Assembly: GCA_946402905.1 (NCBI GenBank) | Contig: CAMIYC010000005.1 | Coordinates: forward strand, 46,042 to 110,041 | Reading direction: 5' to 3' | From: an uncultured Prevotellaceae bacterium | GTDB lineage: Bacteria > Bacteroidota > Bacteroidia > Bacteroidales > Bacteroidaceae | DNA: 64,000 bases | Shown here: piece by piece, positions 32,043 through 42,565 of the stretch | Position numbering within the stretch: the first letter of the stretch is position 1 | How the letters are laid out: each line of letters starts with the position of its first letter | The notes under the pieces: generated by a model | What the model saw: the letters and a program-made list of their open reading frames with translations, nothing else | Databases searched by the model: none | Told to the model about the DNA's origin: nothing | Made by a program: the position numbers and the translations under genes

Positions 32043-35000
32043 ATGAGAGGAAAAATCGACTGTTTCCTGCCATGCGACAGCTGGCAGGACTTGAAAAATA
32101 CAATCGACCAACTGCGCGACGACAAGGCCATACGGCATATATATTTGCTGCAAGGCAGCGACGCCTATACGAGGTTGACACCGCCCGACGGATGTTCGGT
32201 GGTCTGCGTCGACTCGCTGCAGTCGACCGCCACCATCAAGACCATTGCCGCGCACGCACACACGACGTATGTGATGCTGCTCACCAAGATGACAGCAGTC
32301 ACTATTGGATACAGGGCCGTAGAGCGCTTCCTGAGCGTGGCTGAGGACAGCGGGGCCGACTGGGTCTATGCCGACCACTACTCCGTGGAAAACCATCAAG
32401 TGACCAAGCATCCCGTCATCGACTATCAGACGGGCAGCCTGCGCGACGACTTCGACTTCGGCTCGCTGCTGCTCATCCGCAGCAGCATGCTGCAGAACTA
32501 TGTGGCGCAAAGCGAACTGCCCGACTATCGTTATGCCGGGCTTTACGACCTCCGGCTGTATATCAGCCGCCACGGACAGCTGTTTCATCTCAATGAGATG
32601 GTCTACACCGAGTGGGAGCAGGACCTGCGCAAGAGCGGCGAGAAGCAGTTTGACTACGTCAACCCGCGCAACAGGGAGGTGCAGGTGGAGATGGAGCAGG
32701 CTGCCACGCATCACCTGGAATGTATCGGGGCACTGGTCGACACGTCGGCATACGCCACTCCTGACTTCGCAGAGCAGGATTTCGAGTACGAGGCATCCGT
32801 GGTCATCCCGGTATACAACAGGGAGCGCACCATCCGCGACGCCGTCGACTCGGCACTCTCGCAGCGCACCCACTTCAGATACAATGTGATCGTGGTCGAC
32901 AATCACTCCACCGACCAGACCACTGCCCTGCTACAGGCCTATGACGACCCACGGTTGGTGCATATCATACCCGGACGCACCGACCTGGGCATCGGAGGAT
33001 GCTGGAACGTGGCCATCAACGACCCGCGCTGCGGGCGATTTGCCGTGCAGCTCGACAGCGACGACCTCTACTCGTCGGAGCAGACGCTGCAGCAGATTGT
33101 CGACGCCTTTTACCAGCAGCAGGCTGCCATGGTGGTCGGTGCCTACAGAATGTGCGACTTCGACCTCAACACGCTGCCGCCTGGCATCATCGACCACAGG
33201 GAGTGGACGGCACACAACGGATGCAACAACGCACTGCGTATCAACGGACTGGGAGCACCAAGGGCCTTCTTCACACCGCTCCTCAGACAGATACAGTTTC
33301 CCAACACCAGCTATGGAGAGGACTACGCCCTCGGCCTGGCCTTCAGCCGCCGCTACCGCATCGGGCGCATCTACAGCGAACTCTATCTCTGCCGCAGGTG
33401 GGGCGGCAACAGCGACGCGGCCCTCAGCGTGGAGCGCGTCAATGCCAACAACCTGTATAAAGACCGGCTGCGCACCATCGAGATCGCCGCGAGGCAGCAG
33501 CTGGCGCGGAAAGGCCAGGACGGACCCGACGACGGACCCCTGGAGCGATTTGTCGACAGGCAGCTCGAACGGTGGGACGACGCACGCCGCCGCTACCGCG
33601 ACCTCTACGGCGTGCAGACGCGGCGGCTGGAGCACACGGGCCATGAGATGTTGCTCTGCGTGCAGTGGAACCCCGCGCGCATCGTCTCGACCGGCGCCCG
33701 CACCGACCGGCAGGCTATCGCAGAGCGGCCGTGCTTCCTGTGTGCGAAAAACCGGCCTGAGGCACAGGATGTCAAGCCGTTCGACAGCAAGATGGACATC
33801 CTGCTCAATCCCTTCCCCATCCTGCCTACACACTTCACCATCGCGGCGCGCAAGCACCAGCCGCAGCAGATATACGACTACTATTACGAGATACACCGCC
33901 TGCTGGAGCAATATCCGGGACTGACAGTGTTCTACAACGGCCCCCGATGCGGAGCCTCGGCTCCCGATCACATGCACCTGCAGGCCGGCGACGGGTCGGT
34001 GCTGCCCCTCATCAGAGACTGGGCCAGACTCTCACGGGACCTGCGCACCCTGGCGATGGCCAACGAGCGCGAGGGCATCTACGAGGTGACGGGATATCCC
34101 TGCCACTTGCTGCTCATCAAGAGCCGCAGCCGTGACACCGGCGAGCGACTCTTCAGGGTGGTCTACGATGCTTTGCGACAGGCCGTCACCGACACGGAGT
34201 GCGAGGCGGGCGAGGAGCCGATGCTCAACCTGGTGTGCTGGCGGCAGGACGACGACATGCTCACGGCAGTCTTCCCGCGCCGGAAGCACCGCCCCGCCTG
34301 CTATGCGGCCGACGGCGACGCACAACTCATGGTAAGCCCCGGCGCTCTCGACATGGCAGGGCTGCTCATCACGCCGAGACAGCACGACTTTGAGCAGATG
34401 ACGGCGGCCAGGGCCGCCGACATCCTGAGAGAGGTGACCATCAGCGACGCTGACATGGAAACCGTAGCCCGGCTCATCAGCCAGAGCCTCACCGCCAGAA
34501 AGGCGAGACCCGTCATCCAGGAGGAACCCATGGTGACGGTGGGCATCGTGAGTGCCAGCCGCATCTCCTTCACACTCAACAAGGCCTATGTGGCCAAGGG
34601 CGAGGAGATCACCGGTGAGCAGGTGGTGGAGCTGTCGGAGGGAACCATACACTGGAACGGTGCGAAATACCGAGAGCTGCGGCTGATACCGCAGTCGAAG
34701 GAGGCCACCTTCAGTCTCGACGACGTGACCATCGGCGTCAACTTCCACTGGGAGCGCAAGCAGCGCCAGACCTTCCAGGGCGCACTGCGCCTGGTGGTCG
34801 AGGCCGACAAGATATGTGCTATCAACGAACTGCCCGTGGAGCAGTATCTCGTGAGCGTCATCTCCAGCGAGATGAAGGCCACCTCGTCGATGGAGCTGCT
34901 CAGGGCACACTCCGTCATCTCGCGCAGCTGGCTGCTCGCACAGATGGAGCACCGCCGCCATCGCGGCGAGGGCAGCGACGGATTCTTCTCCTTCGTGAAG

Positions 35001-35777
35001 AAAGACGACGAACTGATCAGGTGGTACGACCGCGACGACCACACCATATTCGACGTCTGCGCCGACGACCACTGCCAGCGATACCAGGGCGTCACCATGG
35101 CCCTCAACAGTCATGTCGAGGAGGCCGTGAGGCAGACCCGCGGACAGGTGCTCACCTACGACGGCGAGATCTGCGACGCACGCTTCAGCAAGTGCTGCGG
35201 AGGCGTGACCGAGGAGTATCAGTATTGCTGGGAGAACGTGCGCAAGCCTTATCTGGTGTCGGTCGTAGACGCACCGCAGGCGGGAGCCGACCCCTTCTGC
35301 CATACACACGACCAGCGCATCCTGCGCCAGGTGCTCAACGACTACGACCAGGAGACCCCTGACTTCTATGAATGGACGGTGAGCTATACACAGGAGGAAC
35401 TGGCGGACCTCATCTCGCGCAAGCTGAAGATGGACTTCGGGCAGATCGTGTCGCTGGAACCGCTGGAGCGGGGCAGGAGCGGGCGCATCAGCCGACTCAG
35501 GATCGTGGGCACCAAGCGACAGTTCACCATCGGCAAGGAGCTGGAGATACGCCGTGCGCTGAGTCAGACGCACCTGCTGAGCAGTTGTTTTGAGGTGAAG
35601 ACCGAACGCTTCGTCATGGGCATACCGCAGCAGTTCACACTCCGTGGGCGCGGCTGGGGCCATGGCGTGGGGCTCTGCCAGATCGGCGCCGCCGTCATGG
35701 GCGAGCGCGGATACACCTACGAGGAGATACTGAAACACTATTACCGCAACGCGCAAATCACAAAATTCTATCAATAA
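32043..35777 (+). CDS. 1244-aa multidomain fusion: degenerate GT-like N-domain, GT2 glycosyltransferase, DUF4922 (GalT/Ap4A-phosphorylase-like HIT fold), SpoIID/LytB
   Basis: GT2 (about 32790-33400): [28 protein letters not shown]4922 (about 33540-34400): [29 protein letters not shown]. SpoIID (about 34520-35777): [37 protein letters not shown]. Confidence 0.75.
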   Translation: MRGKIDCFLPCDSWQDLKNTIDQLRDDKAIRHIYLLQGSDAYTRLTPPDGCSVVCVDSLQSTATIKTIAAHAHTTYVMLLTKMTAVTIGYRAVERFLSVAEDSGADWVYADHYSVENHQVTKHPVIDYQTGSLRDDFDFGSLLLIRSSMLQNYVAQSELPDYRYAGLYDLRLYISRHGQLFHLNEMVYTEWEQDLRKSGEKQFDYVNPRNREVQVEMEQAATHHLECIGALVDTSAYATPDFAEQDFEYEASVVIPVYNRERTIRDAVDSALSQRTHFRYNVIVVDNHSTDQTTALLQAYDDPRLVHIIPGRTDLGIGGCWNVAINDPRCGRFAVQLDSDDLYSSEQTLQQIVDAFYQQQAAMVVGAYRMCDFDLNTLPPGIIDHREWTAHNGCNNALRINGLGAPRAFFTPLLRQIQFPNTSYGEDYALGLAFSRRYRIGRIYSELYLCRRWGGNSDAALSVERVNANNLYKDRLRTIEIAARQQLARKGQDGPDDGPLERFVDRQLERWDDARRRYRDLYGVQTRRLEHTGHEMLLCVQWNPARIVSTGARTDRQAIAERPCFLCAKNRPEAQDVKPFDSKMDILLNPFPILPTHFTIAARKHQPQQIYDYYYEIHRLLEQYPGLTVFYNGPRCGASAPDHMHLQAGDGSVLPLIRDWARLSRDLRTLAMANEREGIYEVTGYPCHLLLIKSRSRDTGERLFRVVYDALRQAVTDTECEAGEEPMLNLVCWRQDDDMLTAVFPRRKHRPACYAADGDAQLMVSPGALDMAGLLITPRQHDFEQMTAARAADILREVTISDADMETVARLISQSLTARKARPVIQEEPMVTVGIVSASRISFTLNKAYVAKGEEITGEQVVELSEGTIHWNGAKYRELRLIPQSKEATFSLDDVTIGVNFHWERKQRQTFQGALRLVVEADKICAINELPVEQYLVSVISSEMKATSSMELLRAHSVISRSWLLAQMEHRRHRGEGSDGFFSFVKKDDELIRWYDRDDHTIFDVCADDHCQRYQGVTMALNSHVEEAVRQTRGQVLTYDGEICDARFSKCCGGVTEEYQYCWENVRKPYLVSVVDAPQAGADPFCHTHDQRILRQVLNDYDQETPDFYEWTVSYTQEELADLISRKLKMDFGQIVSLEPLERGRSGRISRLRIVGTKRQFTIGKELEIRRALSQTHLLSSCFEVKTERFVMGIPQQFTLRGRGWGHGVGLCQIGAAVMGERGYTYEEILKHYYRNAQITKFYQ

Positions 35778-35780
35778 GAA

Positions 35781-37070
35781 ATGAAGAGTAAGACTTCTCC
35801 CTGGGCGTGGATACCCACGCTCTATTTCGCCGAGGGACTGCCCAATGTGGTGGTGATGACCCTGGCCGTAGTGATGTACATGGAGATGGGCATGACCGAC
35901 ACGCAGATAGCCCTCTATACTGGATGGCTGGGACTGCCGTGGGTCATCAAGCCGCTCTGGAGCCCCTTCGTCGACCTGATCAAGACCAAGAGGTGGTGGG
36001 TACTGGCCATGCAACTCCTCCTGGGCACTGCTTTCGCGGGGGTGGCCTTCACGGTCAACACTGCGTTCTGGTTCCAGGGCACGATGTTTTTCTTCTTCCT
36101 CATGGCCTTCTCCAGCGCCACGCACGACATCGCTGCCGACGGATTCTATATGATAGAGCTCGACAGCCACGACCAGTCGTGGTTTGTGGGCATACGCAAC
36201 ACCTTCTACCGCATCGCCGTCATCTTCGGACAGGGAGTGCTCGTGTGGGCGGCAGGATGGCTGCAGGACGTGTTCCCAGGCAGCAAGGCGTTCACCTGGA
36301 GCCTCATCTTCTTCGCACTGGCTGGCATCTTCATCGCCATCTGGCTCTACCACAGCTTCGTCATGCCACGACCCGCCGACCGCAGCAATGAGGGGCAGAC
36401 GGCAGGTGACGTGGCACGCGGACTGGTGAAGATGCTCTCGACATTCTTCACCAAAGTGCCACTGCGGCAGGTCATCTTCGTGCTGCTCTTCCTCTTGCTC
36501 TACCGCTTTCCGGAGGCTATGCTCAGCAAGATGGCCAGCACCTTCCTGCTGCGACCGCTCGAGGAGGGCGGACTGGCACTCTCCAAGGAGGCGTTCGGCC
36601 TGGCATACGGCACGGTGGGACTCATCGGACTGCTGCTCGGAGGTATCGTGGGCGGACTGCTCGCCAGCCGCGACGGACTGAAGCGCTGGCTCTGGCCCTT
36701 CGTCTGTGCCATCACCCTGCCCGACATCGTCTATGTGTATCTCAGCTTCGCACAGCCCGACAACCTGTGGCTCATCAGCACCTGTCTCTTCATAGAGCAG
36801 TTCGGCTATGGCCTCGGCTTCACGGCACTCACCCTCTATATGCTCTTCTACAGCCAGGGCGAGTTTAAGACCTCGCATTATGCCATCTGCACCGGACTGT
36901 CCTACCTGGGACTGATGCTGCCGGGCATGGTGTCGGGATTGATCAAAGACCAGGTGGGCTATCAGGACTTCTTCATCATCGTGATGTTCTTCTGTATCAT
37001 CACCTTCGTCGTCACGGCATTCATCAAGATCGATCCGCAGTTTGGAAAAAAAGATACAGCGCATGAGTAA
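35781..37070 (+). CDS. ampG: AmpG-family muropeptide MFS permease
   Basis: PWAWIPTLYFAEGLPNVVV..LGLPWVIKPLWSPFVD.. is a typical AmpG N-terminus. About 12 TM segments. Confidence 0.75.
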   Translation: MKSKTSPWAWIPTLYFAEGLPNVVVMTLAVVMYMEMGMTDTQIALYTGWLGLPWVIKPLWSPFVDLIKTKRWWVLAMQLLLGTAFAGVAFTVNTAFWFQGTMFFFFLMAFSSATHDIAADGFYMIELDSHDQSWFVGIRNTFYRIAVIFGQGVLVWAAGWLQDVFPGSKAFTWSLIFFALAGIFIAIWLYHSFVMPRPADRSNEGQTAGDVARGLVKMLSTFFTKVPLRQVIFVLLFLLLYRFPEAMLSKMASTFLLRPLEEGGLALSKEAFGLAYGTVGLIGLLLGGIVGGLLASRDGLKRWLWPFVCAITLPDIVYVYLSFAQPDNLWLISTCLFIEQFGYGLGFTALTLYMLFYSQGEFKTSHYAICTGLSYLGLMLPGMVSGLIKDQVGYQDFFIIVMFFCIITFVVTAFIKIDPQFGKKDTAHE

Positions 37071-38295
37071 GAATGACCGAACCATCTCTCATCCCGGGGC
37101 GTGGACCTTCACCCTGGCACTGGCCAAAGCACTCATACCCGTGGTGCTCGCCGGGGTGTCGGCGGTGATGTGCAAAAGACTGGGCATGGGCAATGGAGAG
37201 GCTGCCGCGGTGACCGCCCTGCTGCTACTGCCTTTCATGCTGAGGGCCTATTACAAACCGCTGCTCTGCAGGGTGAGCAACCTCAGATGGTGGGTAGTGC
37301 TGCTCGAGCTGCTCTTCGCCGCCGCCATGATGGGCGTGGCCAGCGGTGTGCAGGCCAAGTCGTGGGCGTGGACCTCATGGCTGTGGTTGCTCGTGGCAGC
37401 CTTTGTGGGCGCGATGCACAGCATGGCGGCCGACGAATATTTCTATACACTCTATGGACGGAGAGACAAGAAGCACGCACTCACCTGGGGGGCGTGTGCA
37501 TACGGCATGGCCCTGGTCGTAGGCATGGGCATCGTGCTGATGGCGGCCGGCGACATGGAGGTGATGAGCCGCAACCTGGGCGAGGCGTGGTCGCTGGCCT
37601 ATCAGGGCGTGGCGGGGGTCTTTGTGGCCCTGGCGGTGGCACAGTATGCGCTGCTCGTTCCGCTCAGGGAGACAGAGACGCTCGCCGAAAGAAAAAAGGC
37701 CTACAGGGCTTTCTGGCAGGAAGACGGCCACTGGAGTATCGTGCTGGTGTTGCTGGTGTTTCCCATGCATGAATGGATGGCCATGCGGGGGGCTTCGCTC
37801 TTCATGGTCGATGTGGGCAGCATCGGTGGACTGTCGCTCGGCCCGCAGGAGGTGGCACTGGTGCAGGGCACCGTGGGGGGACTGGCCCTGATGACAGGAG
37901 CCCTGGCCGGACTGCGTTGGCTCCGACGCACTGACAGCAGTGCGCTCTTCTGGCCGATGGCGCTGGCTGTCACCTTGCCCGACGCAATATATGTCTACCT
38001 GGCCTATACGATGACTTCCAATCTGCTGGTCATCTGCCTGTGTGTAGGGGTGGAGCAGTTTTTGCTGGGGTGGGGCATGCCCGTCTACCTTATATATATA
38101 TACCACTATTGCAAGGGGAGGAATATGAAAGCCAGGGCCGATATCTGTATCGCACTCGTGGCTCTGTCGCTCGTGGTGTCGGGCGTGCTCACCGGATGGC
38201 TGCAGGACGCGATGGGATACCGCCGCTTCTTCGCCATGGTCACCCTGCTCGCAGTACTGACCCTGCTGCTGCCCGTGAGAAAATCTTCCACTTGA
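37063..38295 (+). CDS. Second, divergent AmpG/MFS-like permease
   Basis: Polytopic ORF. The ATG at 37063 overlaps the preceding stop (ATGAGTAA). ..LRAYYKPLL..RWWVVLLELLF.. parallels the first permease. Confidence 0.6.
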   Translation: MSKNDRTISHPGAWTFTLALAKALIPVVLAGVSAVMCKRLGMGNGEAAAVTALLLLPFMLRAYYKPLLCRVSNLRWWVVLLELLFAAAMMGVASGVQAKSWAWTSWLWLLVAAFVGAMHSMAADEYFYTLYGRRDKKHALTWGACAYGMALVVGMGIVLMAAGDMEVMSRNLGEAWSLAYQGVAGVFVALAVAQYALLVPLRETETLAERKKAYRAFWQEDGHWSIVLVLLVFPMHEWMAMRGASLFMVDVGSIGGLSLGPQEVALVQGTVGGLALMTGALAGLRWLRRTDSSALFWPMALAVTLPDAIYVYLAYTMTSNLLVICLCVGVEQFLLGWGMPVYLIYIYHYCKGRNMKARADICIALVALSLVVSGVLTGWLQDAMGYRRFFAMVTLLAVLTLLLPVRKSST

Positions 38296-38411
38296 CGCAG
38301 CTGGCCTGGCGCATTCCACCTTCTCACCTTCTCACCTTCCCACCTTTAAAATATAGGGATTTTCCCATCGAATGATAGGGTTTTTCTCTTTTTTCATGTT
38401 TATAAAGGGGG

Positions 38412-38419
38412 TATTTTTG
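38412..38419 (+). promoter_or_regulatory. -7 box TAttTTTG
   Basis: 19 bp upstream of the ATG at 38438. Confidence 0.45.
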
Positions 38420-38437
38420 CAAAAAAAGAGTAAAATC

Positions 38438-41347
38438 ATGAAAAGATGGTTAATTTGCCTCATGCTCATCGTGCCACTATGCGCGATCAAGGCACAGAAA
38501 ACGGATAGCGGCACACAACTTGCCGAACTGCAGCGACGTTTCGACCAGTTTGCCAGTCGGAACCCCCAGGAGCGCGTCTACCTGCATTTTGACAACACAT
38601 CTTATTTTAAAGGGGAGCATATATGGTATAAGGCATACGTGGTCAACGACGAGACACTGAAGGCCTCAGACATGAGCCAGATACTCTATGTGGAGCTGGT
38701 CAACGCACTGGGCTACCCTGTAGAGACACAGAAACTGATGCTCCGCAACGGGCAGACGAGCGGTTCGTTCCTGCTGAAAGACACCCTCAACGCCGGTTTT
38801 TATGAGGTGCGCGCCTATACCGCCTGGATGCTCAACTTCGCCCATGGCAACGGGCATGGATGGGAGCGGATGCAGTCTGTACAGGACAGAGATTATTTCG
38901 CTGAGCGTTTCCTGCATTATCTGAAGGGTAATGCGGGCATTTTCAGCCGGGTGTTTCCTGTCTACGAACCTGTCGATAACCATCAGTATGACAAGAAACA
39001 AATGCCATTACCGGCCAGGCTGAATACGCTCAAAGACAAGAATGACGGCAAAAAACTTCTCATAGATTTTTATCCTGAGGGAGGCAATCTGGTGCGCGAT
39101 GTGCCCACCCGTGTGGCTTTCCAGGCACATACCCAGGAGGGGCGAGCCGTGGATATACAAGGTGCTTTGGTGCGTGAGGGAAAGGAAATAGGCATGTTCA
39201 AGACCGAACATGCAGGCCGTGGCGTGTTCAGCATGACCGCCAGTGAGAGCGACGAGACTGAGGAGGAACTGATGCGTGGAATGAAGCTCAAGGTCTTCTT
39301 CAATGGGAAAGACTACCTGTTCAGTCTGCCAAAGTCGAACAGAAGGGGCTATGTGCTCAATGTGTTCAGCAGCGGCGACGCTTTCCGTGCCACCGTTGCG
39401 CGGAATGCCGACACGCCGGGGCAATTGCTGGGCATCAATATCACCTCACGGGGCAAGACGCAGTTTAGTGGTACCGTCGACTTGAGAGATGAAAAACAGG
39501 GAAATGTGGTGGTCGACAAAGCCTCACTGCGGACAGGAGTTAACATCTTCACTTTGTATAATGAAAAAGGTCAGGTGCTGGCACAGCGACAGGTGTTTGT
39601 CAACAATCACGACATGGGCGGGATGCACTTGCAAATGAAAACCCCGGAGGAGGCGGAAGGGGGTATGAGACCGTATGAAAAGATGACCTTGCAGTGCCAA
39701 GTGACCGACACAGAGGGGAATCCTGTGAAGGGAAGAAACAAATTTTCGATAGCGGTCACAGACGGACAATACCGTGACAGTACCTATGCCGACGGCAACA
39801 TGCTCACCTATCTGCTGCTCTCCAGTGAGGTAAAGGGCTTCATACCCCATCCGGCATATTACTTCGAGAAAGACGACCACGAGCATCAAGCGGCCCTCGA
39901 CTTGCTGCTGATGGTGCAAGGATGGACCCGCTATGACTTTGAGCGGATGATGAGCAGTGAGAAATGGGAGCCGCTCATGGCCGTAGAGCGAGGGCTGAAT
40001 TTTCGTGGCAGGGTGGTGGAGAACCACGGTGAGTATCCCAATGATTATCTTTTCTGGAAAAAGCTGGAAAAACCCTTGTGGGTGTATGCTGAATACACCA
40101 CACCCTATGGTGGAAACGTGGAGGCTGAGATCATCACCGACTCGCTGGGCTTCTTCATGTTCAACCTGAACCCGTTTTTCGGCACAGGAAGGATGACCTT
40201 CACGGTCAATGAAGAGAGTGCCAAAAACATCGGGCATGCCCGGTCGGGTGTCGCAGGGCACAACTTCTCACAATGGGATAGAAGCCGGCCGTGGCATATC
40301 CTGAGTAAGCATATCATACCGTTCAATGCTTATTCTCCGGTACCGCGTGATTATGACTATTATGAGACAAAAGTCTTCGACGGACGCATCAGCCACGTGC
40401 CGCAAAGTGAAATAAAACCGGCAGCAGTGATAGACGTAAGAGACATGATGATGTATTTGTCCAATATATTCGGATCCGTCAATGATTTCCATTTCTTCGG
40501 TACGAATCACGACGATGCTTTCATGTTGTTAGGAAAGAATGCTCATCGTGGAGGATGGTGGCACCCCGGAGCAGAAAGAGACCATAGCGTGCAGGACAAT
40601 TTCGGCGATGACCGGTATTTCGCCCAGATGGACAGCATACGGAGGAAGAACGCAAATGTCAAACCATTGTCTCTCACTTCTGAGGAGAAGAAAAAGTTGA
40701 AGAGTTTTGACAACCGTATCCAGTCGCAGCAGGAGTACGACTTCGACCAGTCGTATATGTCGTTTGGCAGTTATGGCAAATTGCTGATGTTGTATGGCCT
40801 GGACGGAATGAATCTTACAACAGTAGATCATGAATATCTGGACAATCCCAAATGGGTCTTCAAGAAGGGCTCGAAGAAAAACTTGCCTCCGGGGACGGCT
40901 TTCTTCCCGCCCGACGTGAATTTCAGCCAACTGTATGTCTATTCCGATACGAATGACCGTTCGCTCATTCATCAGAAAGGGCGGTATCGTGAGGTGGCCA
41001 CACCTTATAACCGTGGGGCAACAAGCAGCGAGGCCCATCCCCTCACATCGATATTTGATTTCAAGACCGACTCCCTCTATTCCGAAGGGATGCCAGAACC
41101 CGACTTCTATGGCTACCGTATCAACTTCCTCGGACTGAGCGAGCCCGACGCCTTCTATCGGGTGGACTACAGCCGTGAGCCGCTGCCTGAAGAGGCCGAC
41201 TGCCGACGCACCATCTACTGGAATCCCAGCGTCGTCACCGATGAGGAGGGACGTGTCCAAGTGTCTTTCTATAACAATAGCTTCACCAAGTCTGTGGTCA
41301 TCTCTGCGGAGGGACTGACAAAGGATGGTATAGTCATTCACAACTGA
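38438..41347 (+). CDS. Large secreted hypothetical protein, N-terminal macroglobulin (MG2)-like region
   Basis: Signal peptide MKRWLICLMLIVPLCAIKAQ. VYLHFDNTSYFKGEHIWYKAYVV..LYVELV.. recalls MG2/A2M_N-type Bacteroidetes proteins. The assignment is tentative. Confidence 0.5.
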   Translation: MKRWLICLMLIVPLCAIKAQKTDSGTQLAELQRRFDQFASRNPQERVYLHFDNTSYFKGEHIWYKAYVVNDETLKASDMSQILYVELVNALGYPVETQKLMLRNGQTSGSFLLKDTLNAGFYEVRAYTAWMLNFAHGNGHGWERMQSVQDRDYFAERFLHYLKGNAGIFSRVFPVYEPVDNHQYDKKQMPLPARLNTLKDKNDGKKLLIDFYPEGGNLVRDVPTRVAFQAHTQEGRAVDIQGALVREGKEIGMFKTEHAGRGVFSMTASESDETEEELMRGMKLKVFFNGKDYLFSLPKSNRRGYVLNVFSSGDAFRATVARNADTPGQLLGINITSRGKTQFSGTVDLRDEKQGNVVVDKASLRTGVNIFTLYNEKGQVLAQRQVFVNNHDMGGMHLQMKTPEEAEGGMRPYEKMTLQCQVTDTEGNPVKGRNKFSIAVTDGQYRDSTYADGNMLTYLLLSSEVKGFIPHPAYYFEKDDHEHQAALDLLLMVQGWTRYDFERMMSSEKWEPLMAVERGLNFRGRVVENHGEYPNDYLFWKKLEKPLWVYAEYTTPYGGNVEAEIITDSLGFFMFNLNPFFGTGRMTFTVNEESAKNIGHARSGVAGHNFSQWDRSRPWHILSKHIIPFNAYSPVPRDYDYYETKVFDGRISHVPQSEIKPAAVIDVRDMMMYLSNIFGSVNDFHFFGTNHDDAFMLLGKNAHRGGWWHPGAERDHSVQDNFGDDRYFAQMDSIRRKNANVKPLSLTSEEKKKLKSFDNRIQSQQEYDFDQSYMSFGSYGKLLMLYGLDGMNLTTVDHEYLDNPKWVFKKGSKKNLPPGTAFFPPDVNFSQLYVYSDTNDRSLIHQKGRYREVATPYNRGATSSEAHPLTSIFDFKTDSLYSEGMPEPDFYGYRINFLGLSEPDAFYRVDYSREPLPEEADCRRTIYWNPSVVTDEEGRVQVSFYNNSFTKSVVISAEGLTKDGIVIHN

Positions 41348-42504
41348 TGAGACGCTCGCCTGTCATGAAAGGTATCATCATGCTGCTGGGCATGATGCTC
41401 CAAAACATAGCCGCATCGGCCCAGCTGCACATCGTCTCCCATGTCGCTGATGTCAGGACAGGGGAGGCGCTGCCTTTCGCGTCGGTCTACGTCGACAGTG
41501 AGAAGAACACCATCACCAATGCAGAGGGTGACTTCGTACTGGATGCCGACTCGGCCGATGCCGTGCGTGTATCCTACGTGGGATACCGCACCGTGTCTGT
41601 CGACGCCGGCAAGATAGGCGACGTGGTATACCTGGACAGAGACGGCAGGATGCTCGACGAGGTGGTGGTGCTCGGCACAGAGTATGTCATCAAGAAGGTG
41701 AGAAGCCAGATCAAAAAGACGCTAATGGAGTATGACTGGAAGAAAACCAATTACTTCTACCGGCAGATGGGTCGTTGCGACCGTCAGTGTACCTCTATGG
41801 TCGAGGCGTTTTTCACAGGACACTCGGCGGTGCAGACCAAGGATATCTCCCTGGGAACCGGAAGATATGTCGAGGTGGCCAGTTCGAAGACGGTGACCCC
41901 GCGCAATTTCTTCACGTATATGGAGGTGACGCTCTACAGCAAATACTATACCGACGATCTGCATGTGCCGCTGAGCCCCAACTACAAAGACAATTACGAC
42001 ACCGACTGCCGCAGGATCAACGACGGGGAGCATCCGGTATATGTCATCACGTTCACACCGAGAGACAGTATGGCATGGTCGGCAAAGACGAAACTCTATG
42101 TCGATGCAGAGTCGTTCCAGCCACTCAGATATGAAGGGGTGGGGCAGAACGAATGGGTGAAGAACACCGTGCAAGGGAAATCGAGTGAAGTCCCTTGTGA
42201 CTACTCGTTCGTGGTGCATTATCAGCACGACAACGGATTCATAGAGGTGCAGAGCGTGCATTTCGATGTGAGCTTCACCGACGAGGGGAAGAAATACGAG
42301 GCCACCGGCACCATGTTTAATACGGAAAAACGCTACTTCAAAGGCAAGGGAAAACTGCATTTTGAAGACGATCTGAAAGAGCTGATCAGCAAACGAGGGC
42401 TGGACCGCCAGTTCTGGCAGGAGAATGAGGTGGTCAAACGCACCCCCATGGAAGAAGAAGCGGTCGAACTCTTTGAGGGTGACAACGCTTTCGGCGTGTT
42501 CTAA
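41347..42504 (+). CDS. Carboxypeptidase-regulatory-like (CarbopepD_reg) domain protein
   Basis: Signal peptide. ..HVADVRTGEALPFASVYVDSEKNTITNAEGDFVLD..VSYVGYRTVSV.. TGATG overlap with the upstream gene. Confidence 0.6.
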   Translation: MRRSPVMKGIIMLLGMMLQNIAASAQLHIVSHVADVRTGEALPFASVYVDSEKNTITNAEGDFVLDADSADAVRVSYVGYRTVSVDAGKIGDVVYLDRDGRMLDEVVVLGTEYVIKKVRSQIKKTLMEYDWKKTNYFYRQMGRCDRQCTSMVEAFFTGHSAVQTKDISLGTGRYVEVASSKTVTPRNFFTYMEVTLYSKYYTDDLHVPLSPNYKDNYDTDCRRINDGEHPVYVITFTPRDSMAWSAKTKLYVDAESFQPLRYEGVGQNEWVKNTVQGKSSEVPCDYSFVVHYQHDNGFIEVQSVHFDVSFTDEGKKYEATGTMFNTEKRYFKGKGKLHFEDDLKELISKRGLDRQFWQENEVVKRTPMEEEAVELFEGDNAFGVF

Positions 42505-42541
42505 GGGGGCTGTTCCCCCGTCCAGTTCCCCCGTCCAGTAT

Positions 42542-42560
42542 GTTGCTGTATTACAGCAAC
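42542..42560. repeat. Hairpin H, copy 3 (gttgctgtattacagcaac), between convergent genes
   Basis: Preceded by two copies of ccccgtccag and by cagtat. The stem pair changes from c-g to t-a relative to copies 1 and 2. Confidence 0.7.
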
Positions 42561-42565
42561 ACCTC

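Noticed and set aside
34032-37085. 1017-aa minus-strand ORF spanning the 3' half of the fusion gene and all of ampG
   Set aside because: It crosses a gene boundary on the other strand, has no recognisable motif and has Arg/His/Glu-rich composition. It is a shadow ORF of GC-rich coding DNA.
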